Shown: piece after piece, positions 20,049 to 46,697 of the stretch | Layout of the letters: the number at the start of each line of letters is the position of its first letter | Numbering within the stretch: the first letter of the stretch is position 1 | Source of the DNA: the human T2T-CHM13v2.0 reference genome, Homo sapiens | DNA: 64,000 bases | Reading direction: 5' to 3' (one strand) | NCBI RefSeq assembly: GCF_009914755.1 | Contig: NC_060932.1 | Made by a program: the position numbers and the translations under genes | Notes under the pieces: generated by a model | What the model was told of the DNA's origin: nothing | Databases searched by the model: none | Seen by the model: only the letters and a program-made list of their open reading frames with translations

Positions 20049-20719
20049 CTACAGTTGATTCCAATTACAACTAAGCGCTTTTAGAGAAATGTATCCATGC
20101 GTCCCAAAAATGCCCTATCTGGTCAGGCATATGAAGACAGGCAATTCTAGATTCCAAACTACTAAATGAAAACAAGCAGGATTATAGGGAGACGGCTGGG
20201 GAAGACGTGATGCTCATGAAGAATGGCCCAACCTGTAACTGCAATGTACTGCTGATATAAGTCGTACTTTAATTATGAATTACATTTTGCCCATCTGAGA
20301 AATTAAAAGCTGCACAGAAATCTATATAATCCCCAATAATTAAACTGCTTTATAAAACGGCACTGTTACTAAATATGTATAAATTTTTTATATCAGCACC
20401 CATCCTACAGTTGATAGGCAATTCTCACTTAAATGTCTTATTTGACAACATGAAAAGCAAAAAAAATTTACTATCTCTACTCTTAGACTACAAACTGCTA
20501 CAAAACTATCAATTCAATGCTTATTACTCTAAAAAAGATATACGGTCCTTTAAAGAGCTTTTTAAAATGTTTTTCATTTTGATTTTTCAAAGTGGGTACC
20601 CAAAAACACTGCTTTTATGTAAGGAAAACAGAAGTCTTACGCCACAAACTATTCTAGTGGAAAACTCTAAATAACACAGGCCAGAAAAAAAAAAAAGGAA
20701 ACTAACATTTTTCAGACAC

Positions 20720-20890
20720 CAATTGTATACGCTAGGTGCCACATTTTGCCATTTTTACATCAACTCATTTAATCCTCATCATCTTGGGATGTAGGCATTA
20801 TCTCCATTTTTCTAGAGGTTGGGTTATTTGCCTACAGTCACATTGCTAGGTTTAGAACGGTTCATTCTGGCCCAAAGTCGTCTTTTCTTC
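20720..20890 (-). mobile_element. MIR remnant
   Basis: ctcatttaatcctcat...gtaggcattatctccatttt...gtcacattgctagg. Confidence 0.6.
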
Positions 20891-20929
20891 ACTATACACC
20901 AAATTAAAAAAGACTTGCCTTCTTTTTAA

Positions 20930-21528
<599 letters not shown>

Positions 21529-22169
21529 AATTTTTTTTATTTTCTATGATCAGCTTGGTGAAAAATAAAAGATTTGCCTTCTTATAATTTTTCCTGGAAC
21601 AAAGTCAAGGGCTTGACCTCTAGGACAACATAATGGCAAAGCTCCTATATAGAACTTGGGGAGGATTATTTAAAATCAAACGATGCACACATAAATAAAA
21701 ATGATAATTATTACTGATTCTAGACATCTAGTATTTTGTGTACCTATAAGAGGCACAAATATATCTATATGTGAATAATCATACTGTGCGTGTCTCAAAC
21801 TATGCAGTCTAAGAGAATTCAATTTTGCAGTATCTAGAGTTTTCCCTCTTTATTATGATCTGTACCTATAAATGATCAGATTCCCAGCACTGAACGTGCA
21901 CAAAACAAGATAATAATAGGAATAAAGAGAAGGGTAGGCACAAAGGAAAAAAAAAAAAAAACCTACCATATCTTCTAGAACCTAAACAGGAAAACCGCTC
22001 TGCCTCGATTTCTGGATTGTTTGTATATTTAAAAGCTTGATGACTATCTTAGATTTTTTTTATATTCATACTATTTGTTGAAAAGCAAACCAAGCCACTC
22101 TTCCTAGCACTTCATTCCAGACAAGCCAAGTAAGCTAAAATGTAAAATTTGCATGGTTTTCCAAGCTCA

Positions 22170-22385
22170 AGTATTTAGGAGTTAAGGATCACAATGTATG
22201 TAACTTACCCTTAAATGGTCCAGGGGAAAAATATTTTGTGTGTGATAGAGAGCAAATAATAAATACATAAAATGTTAACAGGTTAATCTGAATAAAGGTT
22301 ACAAAGATTTTCTTTGTATTATTCTTATTCTTGCCATTTGTCTGTAAGCTTGAAATTATTTCCAAATAAAGTTAAAATTTAAAAA
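22170..22385 (+). mobile_element. Old L1MC/ME 3' end
   Basis: ctgtaagcttgaaattatttccaaataaagttaaaa terminus. Confidence 0.55.
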
Positions 22386-24241
22386 TTACACAGCATTTTA
22401 TTTGAAATTAACAATACATACTTGGATTACACAGCAACATTCTTACAAATACAAAACACTGGTTTTTATGGGGAAAAATGCAGTAATTTGTGAGCAAGTA
22501 TGTACCATATCCTACCAACTTATCATCACTTAGGAATAAATTTCAGACTAGCCTACCATATAATAAAATATGGCAATAGTGACTTGACTTGAAACCATAG
22601 CAGGAAAACACAAACACACCAGATAGTTTGGCATAACTGCTTCGCAAATTTAATATAGGCCTGCTGCAAAATGCAGCAATCTACAATTAAAGTGTTATGT
22701 GATATCTCTTGTTTGCAGTAAGATACAAACTGAACAATGAAAATCTGGCCATACTACAAAACAGAGATGGAGAGTAAGTCTTGGTTTTGGTAGTTTTATT
22801 AAATAAGATTTTTCCACCGCAGCTCAGTTCACAACAGTGTACTTGAATCATCTAAAGAAAGCAAGGACGGGGAAGAAATATCCTGGAGAAATGTTTAAAT
22901 CTTTTCTCCTCCAAGGTTACTATCACCCTGCCTGTCCATCACAATTTTGATTTCAAGTATTCACGATGCTGGTCTGAAACACAGGATGCATCAGAAGCCA
23001 AGTAATGCTCAGCAAAAGTTCACCAAAATTGTGAAAGCAAACATTAAATAAAAAACGTTTTCAATTAACAGTAAAATATCTTTAAAGGATCATCTCTAGC
23101 CTTTCTTTCTGCAGGATCCACCCACTTTAAAATCCTTTGGTAAATTCCCAGGTCTACCCTAATTGAATGGTCCCTCTCTATCTGCTCAAGCAGTTCTTAA
23201 CCCTTTGGAGTGGGGATGGGGGTAAGGGGACATCACAGCAAATATGGACCCTTACCAAAGAAAATTATTCACAAATGCAAAATTCTACACACATTTCCAA
23301 AGACTTCCAGAATCCCACGGCCATTACCCCCACCGCCTCCCTAAGAATCCCAGAGTGGCGTGCTTCTCAATGGCCTCTGCGGAGCACCCCCAGCCCCCAA
23401 GCCACAGCCCCCGGCTCGACCCCGAAGAGACTAGAGTTCCTGCTCTCACACAGCGGATTCCGTAACTGAGCTTTGTCTCCTCGCCCAACTCCCTTCACCC
23501 CGGCAAGGTCACTACCGCCAACTACCCCTTTAAGCCGAGCCATCACGGTAGGAGTTCGTAACAGCCACAGCAGAACTTGCCTGTCATAGGATATATTTTG
23601 TCCCCTCGGCCCCACCTACCCTCCCCATTTCGGCAAGTTACGTCTTTACCACTAGCCCATTCTACAGAAATAGCTGCCGCCGCCACCCTCCGGCGCGCCC
23701 CGGCCCCGCCGCTCCGCCTCCAGCGCCCCCAGGCCCATTTCCCGCAGACCCTCCCCGGGCCGCCCTCCCCTGCCCTACTCTAGGCGCTCCCTCTCCCTCG
23801 CAGCCAAACCGTGGCTGCACTCGCCGTCCTCTCTTCCGGCCGCTACCACCCCGGCCCCCTAGAACCCCAGCCTCCCGCGCCCGCAGCCGCGTTCCTGTCT
23901 CCCCGACCTCCGCACCCCCACTTGGCCCGGCCTCCTCGCCTTCCTCCCGGCTCCTCCCCTCAGGACACCTGTGTCGTCCCACCCCCTCCACCACACACGC
24001 ACCCCCCACCCCAATTCCTTCGCCTCCCTGTCCTCCCTCCCCCGCCGGTCTCCCCTCCCCGCTGCTGCCCCGAGAGCCCGATGTGGGAGGGAAGGCGCGG
24101 GGGAGGGGAGGCCGCGAAGGGGGCTGCTTTTCTCCGGGTTCCCCGTGCTGCGGAACTGCAGGGCTCCCCAGCGCCCTCTGCCTTCTTCGCCGGCGGCGCG
24201 GAAGTCGGGGTCTCCCGGACGCCCCCGATGAGGGTATTTAC

Positions 24242-24380
24242 CTTCTTGCCGGGGACACTTTGCAGACGGCTCCAACATTGGCAAACACTACAGAGAACTG
24301 ACCCCGCTCGGCCGCCGCCGGCTTCCACCCCTCGGGCTCCCCGCCCCCCGCCTCCGCCCGCCTCCGCCCGCCTCCCCGGC
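24242..24380 (-). other. STAU2: STAU2 first exon (proximal); 5' boundary approximate
   Basis: Within CpG island; donor ggcaagAAG|GTAAAT at 24241. Confidence 0.8.
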
Positions 24381-24542
24381 GCTCCCGCCGCGCCCTCCCG
24401 CGCTCGCGCCGCGCGCCCCCGCCTGCGCAGCCGCTCCCGCGCCCCAGCACGCCCGGCCGGCGCGCGCGCCCGGCACCGGCTCTATCTCCACTCCGCCTCC
24501 CGCCGGCCCGCGACCAAGCGCGGCCATTGTTCGCGACGCAGC

Positions 24543-24561
24543 TCCCGCCCCCTGGCGGCTG
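24543..24561 (-). promoter_or_regulatory. CTCF core motif
   Basis: Minus strand CAGCCGCCAGGGGGCGGGA, close to consensus CCACCAGGGGGCGC. Confidence 0.65.
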
Positions 24562-24845
24562 CCGGGCCCCAGCAGCTGCAGGCTCTGCGGGGCTAGCGGC
24601 GGCGAGCTGGGCCCCTGGGCGAGGGCCATTCCCGGGGGGCTTGGGCACGCGGGCGAGCGACTGCGCAAGGAGCGCGCCCGGTCCGCAGTCTCCTCGTCCC
24701 CGGCGCGACTCCCCGCCCCCTCGTCTGCCAAGGGTGGGCCTGGGGCAGCCCCTTCCACACCTGCAACTCGGCAACTTCCTTCCCCGCCCGACTGACCGTC
24801 TGCTCTTTCTGGTCCGCACCCTGTGCTCTGATTCCCCGCTCGTAC

Positions 24846-25100
24846 CTTTCCCAGGCTCTCCGGCTGCCCCTCTGTGCTGTGCAGGGGACGCGCGACCATC
24901 CCGCGTCTGCTCCGGCCGCCGCTGTGCAACGCACGGTTTAGCGGATCTTGCACCTTTCTAGACGGGGGAGGGGGCGGGGAGGAGGTTGCTTCACCGTCTC
25001 GCCCAGCAAACACCAGGGATCCGTGATCACCTGCTCGCCAAGACCCGCGGCGTGGCCAGACCTCCTCTTCTACCGAAAATATTAGTCACATGAAAAAGAA
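24846..25100 (-). other. STAU2: Candidate alternative (distal) STAU2 first exon; 5' boundary approximate
   Basis: Donor-like gggaAAG|GTACGA at 24845 at the upstream end of the island; STAU2 recalled as having alternative first exons. Confidence 0.5.
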
Positions 25101-25469
25101 TCCTTGGAGCCAAAAATGAGAACCATTGAAAACAATGCCCTGAATCCTAGATTTATGAGGCAAGAGTGCCAGAAAACAGAAATTACGTCTTAATTCGTCC
25201 TGGTTTTGATGTGGATTACTTTTGTCTAGATAACTTCAACCCAGTTAAGCTCAATGAAACTGAACACTTCGTTTAGTAACCGGCACCAAAAATAATCTGA
25301 CAAAGAAATTTCGAAATAGAACTATTAGTGTGTTTTCACAAACTTACTCGTTTGCAACGTTATTTCTAGGGTTTCTTCCCAGTGTCACTTCTCTGACTGA
25401 GAAATGTCTCCCAGGCCGGTGATTTCAGTCATCATCTAAAACCAATCTCATGTCTGCACCTGGGAAGGT

Positions 25470-25690
25470 AGTGTGTGTCCTGGTTAACCGCAAGGGCGCC
25501 AGAGTCAGATAACCAAGGCTGGATATCCGCTTGCTAACTGGTGAGGAGACCACGGGCATGTTACTTATCCTGTGCATCAAGAGGAGACTACATGTGATAG
25601 ATAGTTCGTATTTAAATGTGACAATACATATGAAGCCCTTTAAATAGGACCGGGTATGTAGTACCTCTCCTGGTACAATGTTAGCTACAG
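25470..25690 (+). mobile_element. Degenerate MIR
   Basis: ccagagtcagataacc...gggcatgttactta...aaatgtgacaatacatatgaagccctt. Confidence 0.45.
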
Positions 25691-25835
25691 CTATATTTTT
25701 CCTCCCAGAACTCTTTCCTATGCTCCTTTCCCCCCTTTTCACCTCTGCCAGTTCCCTCGGATTTAACATGTTGCATCCTCCCTAAATTTGCTGTGCTCCT
25801 TCTAGCGGCTTACGCACCCAGTCAGCATTCTAATA

Positions 25836-26485
<650 letters not shown>

Positions 26486-26659
26486 TGACCAGAAATTGTT
26501 GAATATTTTGAATGAATACCTTACTTTCCCACCAGCCATACCAAGGGTCAAGCTGCCTACCTCTGTGTCTTTCCATAGGCTATTCTCTCTCCCTTCAGGC
26601 TACCCTTCTCTCGCCTGGTGAACAAATAATCTTTCACGGCATTCAAAAATCACCTTCTT

Positions 26660-26981
<322 letters not shown>

Positions 26982-27539
26982 CTAACACTCCTCTGAGCAG
27001 GCGAGTGCTCTTCTCTTGTACCTCTCTTCTCTGATATTGTAGGTATGTTAGAATTTTTTTTTTTAGCCTGTCTGTATCTACCAAACATTGCATTGTTGAA
27101 GGGCAGGCTCTGTGTCTCATGCATATCTGTAGTCCCAGCATCCAACAGCAAGTAGGTGGACGGTAAATCCTTTGGTATAAATGGATGAGTTTATACTTTT
27201 GGAAAGAACTCTGGGGTGGTCAGATTTCATTCTCTTTGATTCAGATCCTTAAAGTTAATTGAAAACTTTATCCCTCCCGTAACTGTTCCTCATAACTGAT
27301 TTTCAGTCATTGGTAAACCCCAAATAGAATGAATTTTTCTAAGTCACAATTATCAGAAAGGAAATTGTTTTTTAATTGAATCAGCACTTTCAGTTGCTCA
27401 AGGTATATAGTATCAGTACATGAAATCACCTGAGTGACATGGAAATCCACACATCACTCTACAATCATTTTAGGATTTACTTTAAAATAAAATATTTGTA
27501 TAGGAGTTGAAAATAATGAATATTTAAAGAGCGGTGGGC

Positions 27540-29707
<2,168 letters not shown>

Positions 29708-29714
29708 TTATATA

Positions 29715-30622
29715 TAAGAAACAAGCAGGTATATGAAAAAATGCTCAAAATTACTAATCATCTGGAAAATGCAAATCAAAACCACAATGAGCTATCATCT
29801 TACCCCAGTTAGAATGACTGTTATCAAAAAGACAAAAGATAAATGCTGGCCAAGATGCAGAGAAAAGGAAACTCTTGTACACTGACAGTGGGAATGTAAA
29901 TTAGTACAGCCGTTATGAAAAACTGTATGGAAGTTTCTCAAACAACTAAAAATAGAACTGCCATACAACCCAGCAACCACTACTGCATATTTATCCAAAG
30001 AAAAGAAAATCAGTATAGCGAAGAGATATCTGTACCCCCATGTTCATTGCAGCACTATTCATAATAGCCAAGATATGGAATCAACCTAAGTGTTCATCAG
30101 TGGATGAACCGACAAATAAATGGGTATAATGGAATATTATTCAGCCTTATAAAAAGAGATCCTACCCATTAAGACAAAATATATGAATCAAGGATATTAT
30201 GCTAAGTGAAATAAGCCAGACACAGAAAGACAAATATCACATGTTCTCACTCATATGTGAGAGCTAAAAAAGCTGATCTCATGGAGATAAAGAGTAGAAT
30301 GATGGTTACCAGAGGCTGGGAAGGGTGAGTGGGGGAAATGAAGAGGGATTGGTTAATGGGTACAAACATACAGTTAGATAGAATGAATAAGTTCTAGTGT
30401 TCAATAGCACAGTGGGGTGGCTATAGTTAAAAATAATTTATTATACATTTTAAAATAGCTAGCAGAGAAGATCTGAAATGTTCTCAATACAAAGAAATGA
30501 TAAATGTCTGAGGTAATGGATATCCCAATTACCATGATTGATCACTATACATTGTATATATGTATCGAAATATTACATGTACTCCATATACATGTACAGA
30601 TACCATGTATCAATTAAAAAAG
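29715..30622 (+). mobile_element. L1MA-type LINE-1 3' portion
   Basis: atgcaaatcaaaaccacaatgag (ORF2 end) through 3'UTR gagtagaatgatggttaccagaggctggg to the A-rich end. Confidence 0.9.
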
Positions 30623-30698
30623 AAAACTCTCAACTAATAAGAAAAAAAATAAGGAAACAAAAATATACTTAATGAAGTATGGAAAGATTCTTTTTTAA

Positions 30699-31535
<837 letters not shown>

Positions 31536-31924
31536 GTAAATAATAGGGACCCAATTATGCTTGTAATGACTTTTCTTTTTTCTCTATAACTATCATCTTG
31601 TCTCTGAATTTTTTTTTCTTGGGGATATTCGCATTTTCCACCATGCCAGAAATTTGGTTGTCAGCCAGTCTATCTAGTATTTTGATTCTAATTTTTTCCT
31701 TAAATTTGTAATGGCATCATTTAAGTCTTGATTTCATTCTTAATTAAAATACAAGACAAGATAGCTTTACAGTCTGCCCTTTCAACTCAATCTGTGTTTT
31801 ATCATCTGTAAGTTGAAGGTTTTTTAACAGAATATACAGATTCTACAAACCTTGGCATGTCCTTGTCAGGTAGCCCGTTTGAAGAGACGTCAGCTGCCAC
31901 GTCAATGAGTCAGGGCTTTCATGA

Positions 31925-32270
31925 CTAAGTCATCCTGGGACCCCATGGAGAGCTCTAGTGGGGAGGAGAGTGAGGACTGGGACAAGCCCATAGAGGTTCC
32001 CATCCTCTCTGTGCATCCAGTGGTCACCAACAAGATAAAAGTGAACCAATTGCAGCCACAGTGGGGAGCCCCCAAGAATTGCCCCCACCTGAAAGACTGC
32101 AGCACACCACGATGTGGGATTACACTACTGTAGAATTGGTGGAGCTGGGAAATAGGTTCAGACACAAGGGGAGCATCAATAGCGGGGTGGCTGCTCCATC
32201 TAGGAGTTGTGGAGATGGAGGAAGCTATTATACTCCCAAGACTCAGGATGAGTAAAATGGCATCCATTAG
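31925..32270 (+). mobile_element. ERVL-class internal gag remnant
   Basis: Frameshifted peptides WDPMESSSGEE...HPVVTNKIK and QHTTMWDYTTVELVELGNRFRHK resemble ERVL/HERV16-type Gag. Confidence 0.65.
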
Positions 32271-32424
32271 AAAACCCATCAGAAAAATATGTTACATTTT
32301 TCTGTAGTGCAAAGCCTTCATAGAAATAGTCTTCTGTTCCATGAGGTATTTTTCTTCTAACTTGAGTTCTTCCTTTATCTTTTGAATACAGTGTTCCATT
32401 TATTTGTTTATTTAGCTATAATAG

Positions 32425-32675
<251 letters not shown>

Positions 32676-33254
32676 AATAATGGCATAATTTTAACATAAT
32701 TTATTCTTATTTTGTTCATATTTAATCTGGGAAACTGTACCCAGATCCTCTATTAGCTTAGCTTTGCCCAGTCTAATGGGCTTCTGGAGAAAATAAGATT
32801 TTATTTCATTAGTTTTTAGGAGTGGGAAAGGTTCTAGAACCTGGTTTTATTCCACCCTGTTTACCTTAAATATCGAATACTTTTCTTTGAACTATACAAA
32901 TATATTATATATGTAACAAAACCTAGAAGTGTAACTTGTTAGTTATTATTTGAATGTCCTTGCAGTGGAAATAAATTTGTGACATCTCTGCACACAAGAG
33001 AAGGAGGAGGGGGCTAGGGGAGAAGGGAAAGATGGCAAGTATTGCTTTTTAAACAAGTACAATGACTTCTTTAAACACTTCTTAATTGTGACTGTTTTGA
33101 CAGACATCATCTTAGCAATCACTTCATCTTTCCTTTCCAATAACTTTTCCAAAAGACTTCATTATAAACTTCATAAAACATTGTTTTTCTCTTGCCAATT
33201 ATAAAGGAGGAAAAAAACTAAAAATTTCAGCTATGTATACCTGTATTGAAGAGG

Positions 33255-33448
33255 AACAATTCCAGAATTCCAGGAACTGAGGATAAAGGGGCAGACAAGT
33301 AGATTGGCCACACACAATGGCAGTGATACAGAGAAACTACAGACAATATCTGAACAATTTTCTGTAGTCTCTCTGTATCACTGCCATTGTGTGTGGCCAA
33401 TCTATTAATATTTATCTGTCCCTTCATCCCAAGTTCCTGGAATTGTTG
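33255..33448. repeat. Long inverted repeat (hairpin)
   Basis: 33300-33343 pairs with 33361-33404 at 43/44; 17-nt loop; imperfect outer stem. Confidence 0.95.
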
Positions 33449-33507
33449 CTTCTCATTCTTTCTTTTCTTGGCTAATTGTCAATGGCATTCTGAATTTGAG
33501 ACATATT

Positions 33508-34003
33508 GCAGTGTAATATGGCACCCCAAAATGTAGCAGCTTCAAGCAACAATTTATTTAGTTCAGGCAGGGCTCAGTATCCTGTCTCTGCCCCATGCAG
33601 TATCAGCTAAGGGCACCTCAAAGGCTGGGAGCCCAAATCATGTAAGGACTCACTCATCTATAGTTGATGATGGTTTTCCACTGGGACCGCAGCTGGGGCT
33701 GTCAACCAGAACACCCACATGTGGCTTTTCTATGTACCTGCAGATGTTGCTGGGGTAGGGCTGAGAGAGGAAGGAACAAACCCTGAGTTTGGCCCCCTCA
33801 CAGCATGGTGGCTGGGTTCCAAGAAACCAGAAGTAAAAGTCACTACTTTCTTAAAGCGTGGCCCAGAATTCAAATATGCTTTGAATTCTGCCCATATTCT
33901 ACTGGTCAAATCACACAGTCCAGATTCAAGGGGAGGGCACCTGATCCTTTCTTTCCGTGGAAGGCACGTCAGAGGATCTTAGAATCACATTTAAAACTCC
34001 ACA
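33508..34003 (-). mobile_element. MLT1G/H-type MaLR LTR carrying a 49-bp foreign insert
   Basis: cagctggggctgtcaaccagaacacccacatgtggc...cctcacagcatggtggctgggttccaag...ccagattcaagggga. Confidence 0.7.
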
Positions 34004-34009
34004 CATTTT

Positions 34010-34336
<327 letters not shown>

Positions 34337-34945
34337 TCACCTTGTCTTTTCACCATATTGCTCCTATGTTAATATAAAGGTGACATAGAAAATTTCCTTC
34401 CATTGGTACCTACGCTTTTCTGCATGAATCATCTCAGCTGGCTTAATTCATTTAACACCTTTCTTGTGCTGAAGACAGATAGGCACACCTGCACTGCAGA
34501 GATTACAAACACCAGATTGAAGTGGAACAGGCCTTACTAGTCTTTTCTAGTCTATTCTCCTTCCCAGGTCAAGGGGGATGCTTTAGGCAAGTTAAAACAG
34601 TCAGTAGTTGCGGTAGCAGCCGAGATGAAGGAGCAAGTTGGAAGCTGGAGGAAACTCCCAGGCAGTAACATGCAATATGTAACATTTAGTCATGGCCTGT
34701 TTCTGGGACATGCTGTAGCTGGAAGTGGGCCATGATCTCAGTGGGGAAATGGCCTAGGGAGGGACCAACGGAAGGCTGTCTGACAAGGTCGGGCCAGGCT
34801 ACTAGTGTCAGAGTGCTCAGTACCCAGAGCAGGGTTTGTTCCTTCCTCTCCCAGCCCTACCCCAGCATCATCTGCAGGCCTGAGCCCTTCATTCATTTTC
34901 TCATTGAACAAACATGCCTGCCAGTGGCAGTGCAGCCTGCTGGTG

Positions 34946-35512
<567 letters not shown>

Positions 35513-35998
35513 CACACACACACACCATTTTTAAAGATCTAATATACAACTTTCTCCTATCTAGGACCTGCTGGCCTCTATGCCTAGGGCTGAACCCAGC
35601 CTACTCTCTTCCTCTCCTCTAAGGATATCATCACTTCAGTGTTGTCCCAGACATCCGTGAACAATAAAACCACAGCTACCTCAAGTCTTGTATGTTGACC
35701 CACTCTTTTCCTTTCCTCCTCTACTCCAGCTTTAACCACCAACCTTTGCTTAGTTTGAATTGAGTTTATGATACCTTCTCAGAGTTGTTCTAACCTTTTG
35801 GGGACCTCTGCTCCTAGCTCCCTAATTTGCTTGGAACTGCACTAAGAAGTATACCCTTGACTTTTCCAAAGTCACTCTGGCCAGATCACCACTATGTTAT
35901 ACAGTGTGTTTGTGAAAATTTTTTTAAAAGTACCTCTCTAGGTAGTCACAGATCTTTAGGTACAAGTGTTGCTGAGTAAGCCTCACCTTTGTGCCTAG

Positions 35999-37530
<1,532 letters not shown>

Positions 37531-38052
37531 AAGAAGTTTTTTTTTTTTGATTGCAGAACTTCTCAAAATCTTCTGCCAATATAAGTGAAGTTTGCAAGAA
37601 AGGGATTGGATCTGTTCTATACCCCAGGCCCATTTGACCGTAGGAACTTTTTGGCAGGAAGCACATCAGTGGAGCACATTTTGGGAAACACAAAGGCACA
37701 GTTGGAGATCAAGCAGAAGGGTTCTACCTAGGGTAGAACAGAAGTCTCTGATGTTCAGCTAAGAATGGGAAGATTTCTGGTAAAATGAAAAAGATCATTA
37801 CGTTGCTGATTTTGCCCTCCATCTTTAACCATCAATTGACTTTTCTAGGCTTTCTCTCTGTTCTCTAGTAGCTCTACTTTCTTAATTTTGAGCTTTAAAA
37901 TGTCATCTTGGACTATTGATGGTCCACTCAAGATGTACAACACCAACTCTGGAGGCAGGTGATCAACCTTTCATTAGAAATTAAACAGTCAAGACAAGTA
38001 GAAGACATGACAATGTCTGCAAACATAGATTTCAATGCTTTAAAGCAGAGGT

Positions 38053-38947
<895 letters not shown>

Positions 38948-39131
38948 TCAAAGTCATATTTCAAGGAGTTTTGGTAAGTTTAAAATAATGCAATTAATGA
39001 TATTATGTGTACTGTAGCCATTTCTGTGTAATCTGAAGCATTTCCTTTCTCTTTTCTTGGATAGCTCCTCTTCCATATATAAACCTCTCTCCTAAATTTG
39101 AAAGGCATATGGAAATCACTTTTTCAAATTG

Positions 39132-39575
39132 GTACTTCTGGCTTAAAATGGCAGACTGAACACATCCATTTATCTCTCCTCCCTCCAAAGTCTTATTATA
39201 ATGAAGTGAAGAATTTAAAAGGCATATGCCCACAAAGACAAATAGAAGAAACAAAGTGCATGGAGAAATAATAACTAACTTAATGAGTCTAGGAAGCGGA
39301 AGCCTCACTAACCAATATAAAATGAGCTGATTTTACAAGAAGAATCTCGGCAAAGCTCAGGAACGAAGGCACCAGATAGTGTTTAGAGGAGATAAGGCAT
39401 TAGGTTTATAGCATAACTGAGGGAAAAATCTGTATAAGGAACCATTAAATTAGTTTCCACCCCCACAGCAAACAACAACTCTCTTGTCTCAGCCTCCCAA
39501 GCAGATAGGAGGTTTATTTTCTGGTGAAACTGACCCTGGAAAGAGGCCTAGGGCTCACAAACACCAGGCAGAGAG
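39132..39575 (+). mobile_element. Old L1M 5'-end remnant
   Basis: acttctggcttaaaatggcagactgaacac start; ggaggtttattttctggtgaaactga. Confidence 0.5.
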
Positions 39576-39929
39576 CCGGCGGCAAAGGTAAAAGGCCGAC
39601 GACAACGGACTTGGTCCAGGTGAACCCACCTGACAGGCGCACGAAAACTTCCCTTGCCCTCCCCGGCTACTCGTTGTCCACCGAAATTCATTCTCCTGAC
39701 TTCCACGACAATTGAGTTGTAGCTAGGCAGGTAGGATGTCAGGTTGGGAGCACACAGCCAGCTCACTGCAGGTAAGTGTGACCACACAAGGAAGCTCTAC
39801 CGGAGGAATGGACACAAACACATTCTTGCTCCTCAACTGCTCCTTACTACTCTTTTCTCCTGCTTAAGCATACGCTAGCCTGAGGCCCTGTTTCTACCAC
39901 AAAAAGGACAATGCCCTAGGGCAGCGTTT

Positions 39930-44626
<4,697 letters not shown>

Positions 44627-44760
44627 TAAGAAAATGATCCATTGTAGAAGTTCTATAGCATTTTGAACTCTGATCTCATTTTCTTATGGATACAAATATT
44701 CTAAGTGGGTATTGGGCTCCTAGACAAGACTGCAGAAGTCTATTTAATCCTCAAAGGCTA

Positions 44761-46450
<1,690 letters not shown>

Positions 46451-46465
46451 AAGCACTGCTTTTTA

Positions 46466-46629
46466 AAACAAAAATCAATAGACTTCATTTTTTAAAGTAG
46501 GTGTAGGTTTACAGAAAAATTGAACAAAAATTAGACTTCCCATATGCCTCCTCCTCCCTTCTCCCAGCTGAACATCCTCCATCAGTGTGGTACACTTGTT
46601 ACAAATGAGGAACAAACATCCATACACAT

Positions 46630-46697
<68 letters not shown>

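Larger units (their letters stand above)
23300..25070. promoter_or_regulatory. CpG-island promoter of STAU2
   Basis: Abrupt GC/CpG-rich non-repeat block; GC boxes (e.g. GGGGCGGGG ~24971), ETS-like GCGGAAGT ~24198, NRF1-like CGCCTGCGCA ~24420, YY1-like CGGCCATTGTT ~24521; no TATA box seen. Confidence 0.95.

Noticed and set aside
23640-23700. Possible additional first-exon donor (GTG|GTAAAG, minus strand) in the intronic part of the island
   Set aside because: Weak donor with no other support from sequence alone
23577-25013. Long overlapping ORFs (up to 261 aa) in the CpG island
   Set aside because: Stop-codon scarcity in GC-rich DNA; Pro/Arg/Gly/Ala low-complexity peptides in several frames on both strands, with no recognisable domain
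31921-32255. Possible domesticated gag gene
   Set aside because: Only ~350 bp and frameshifted; no intact ORF
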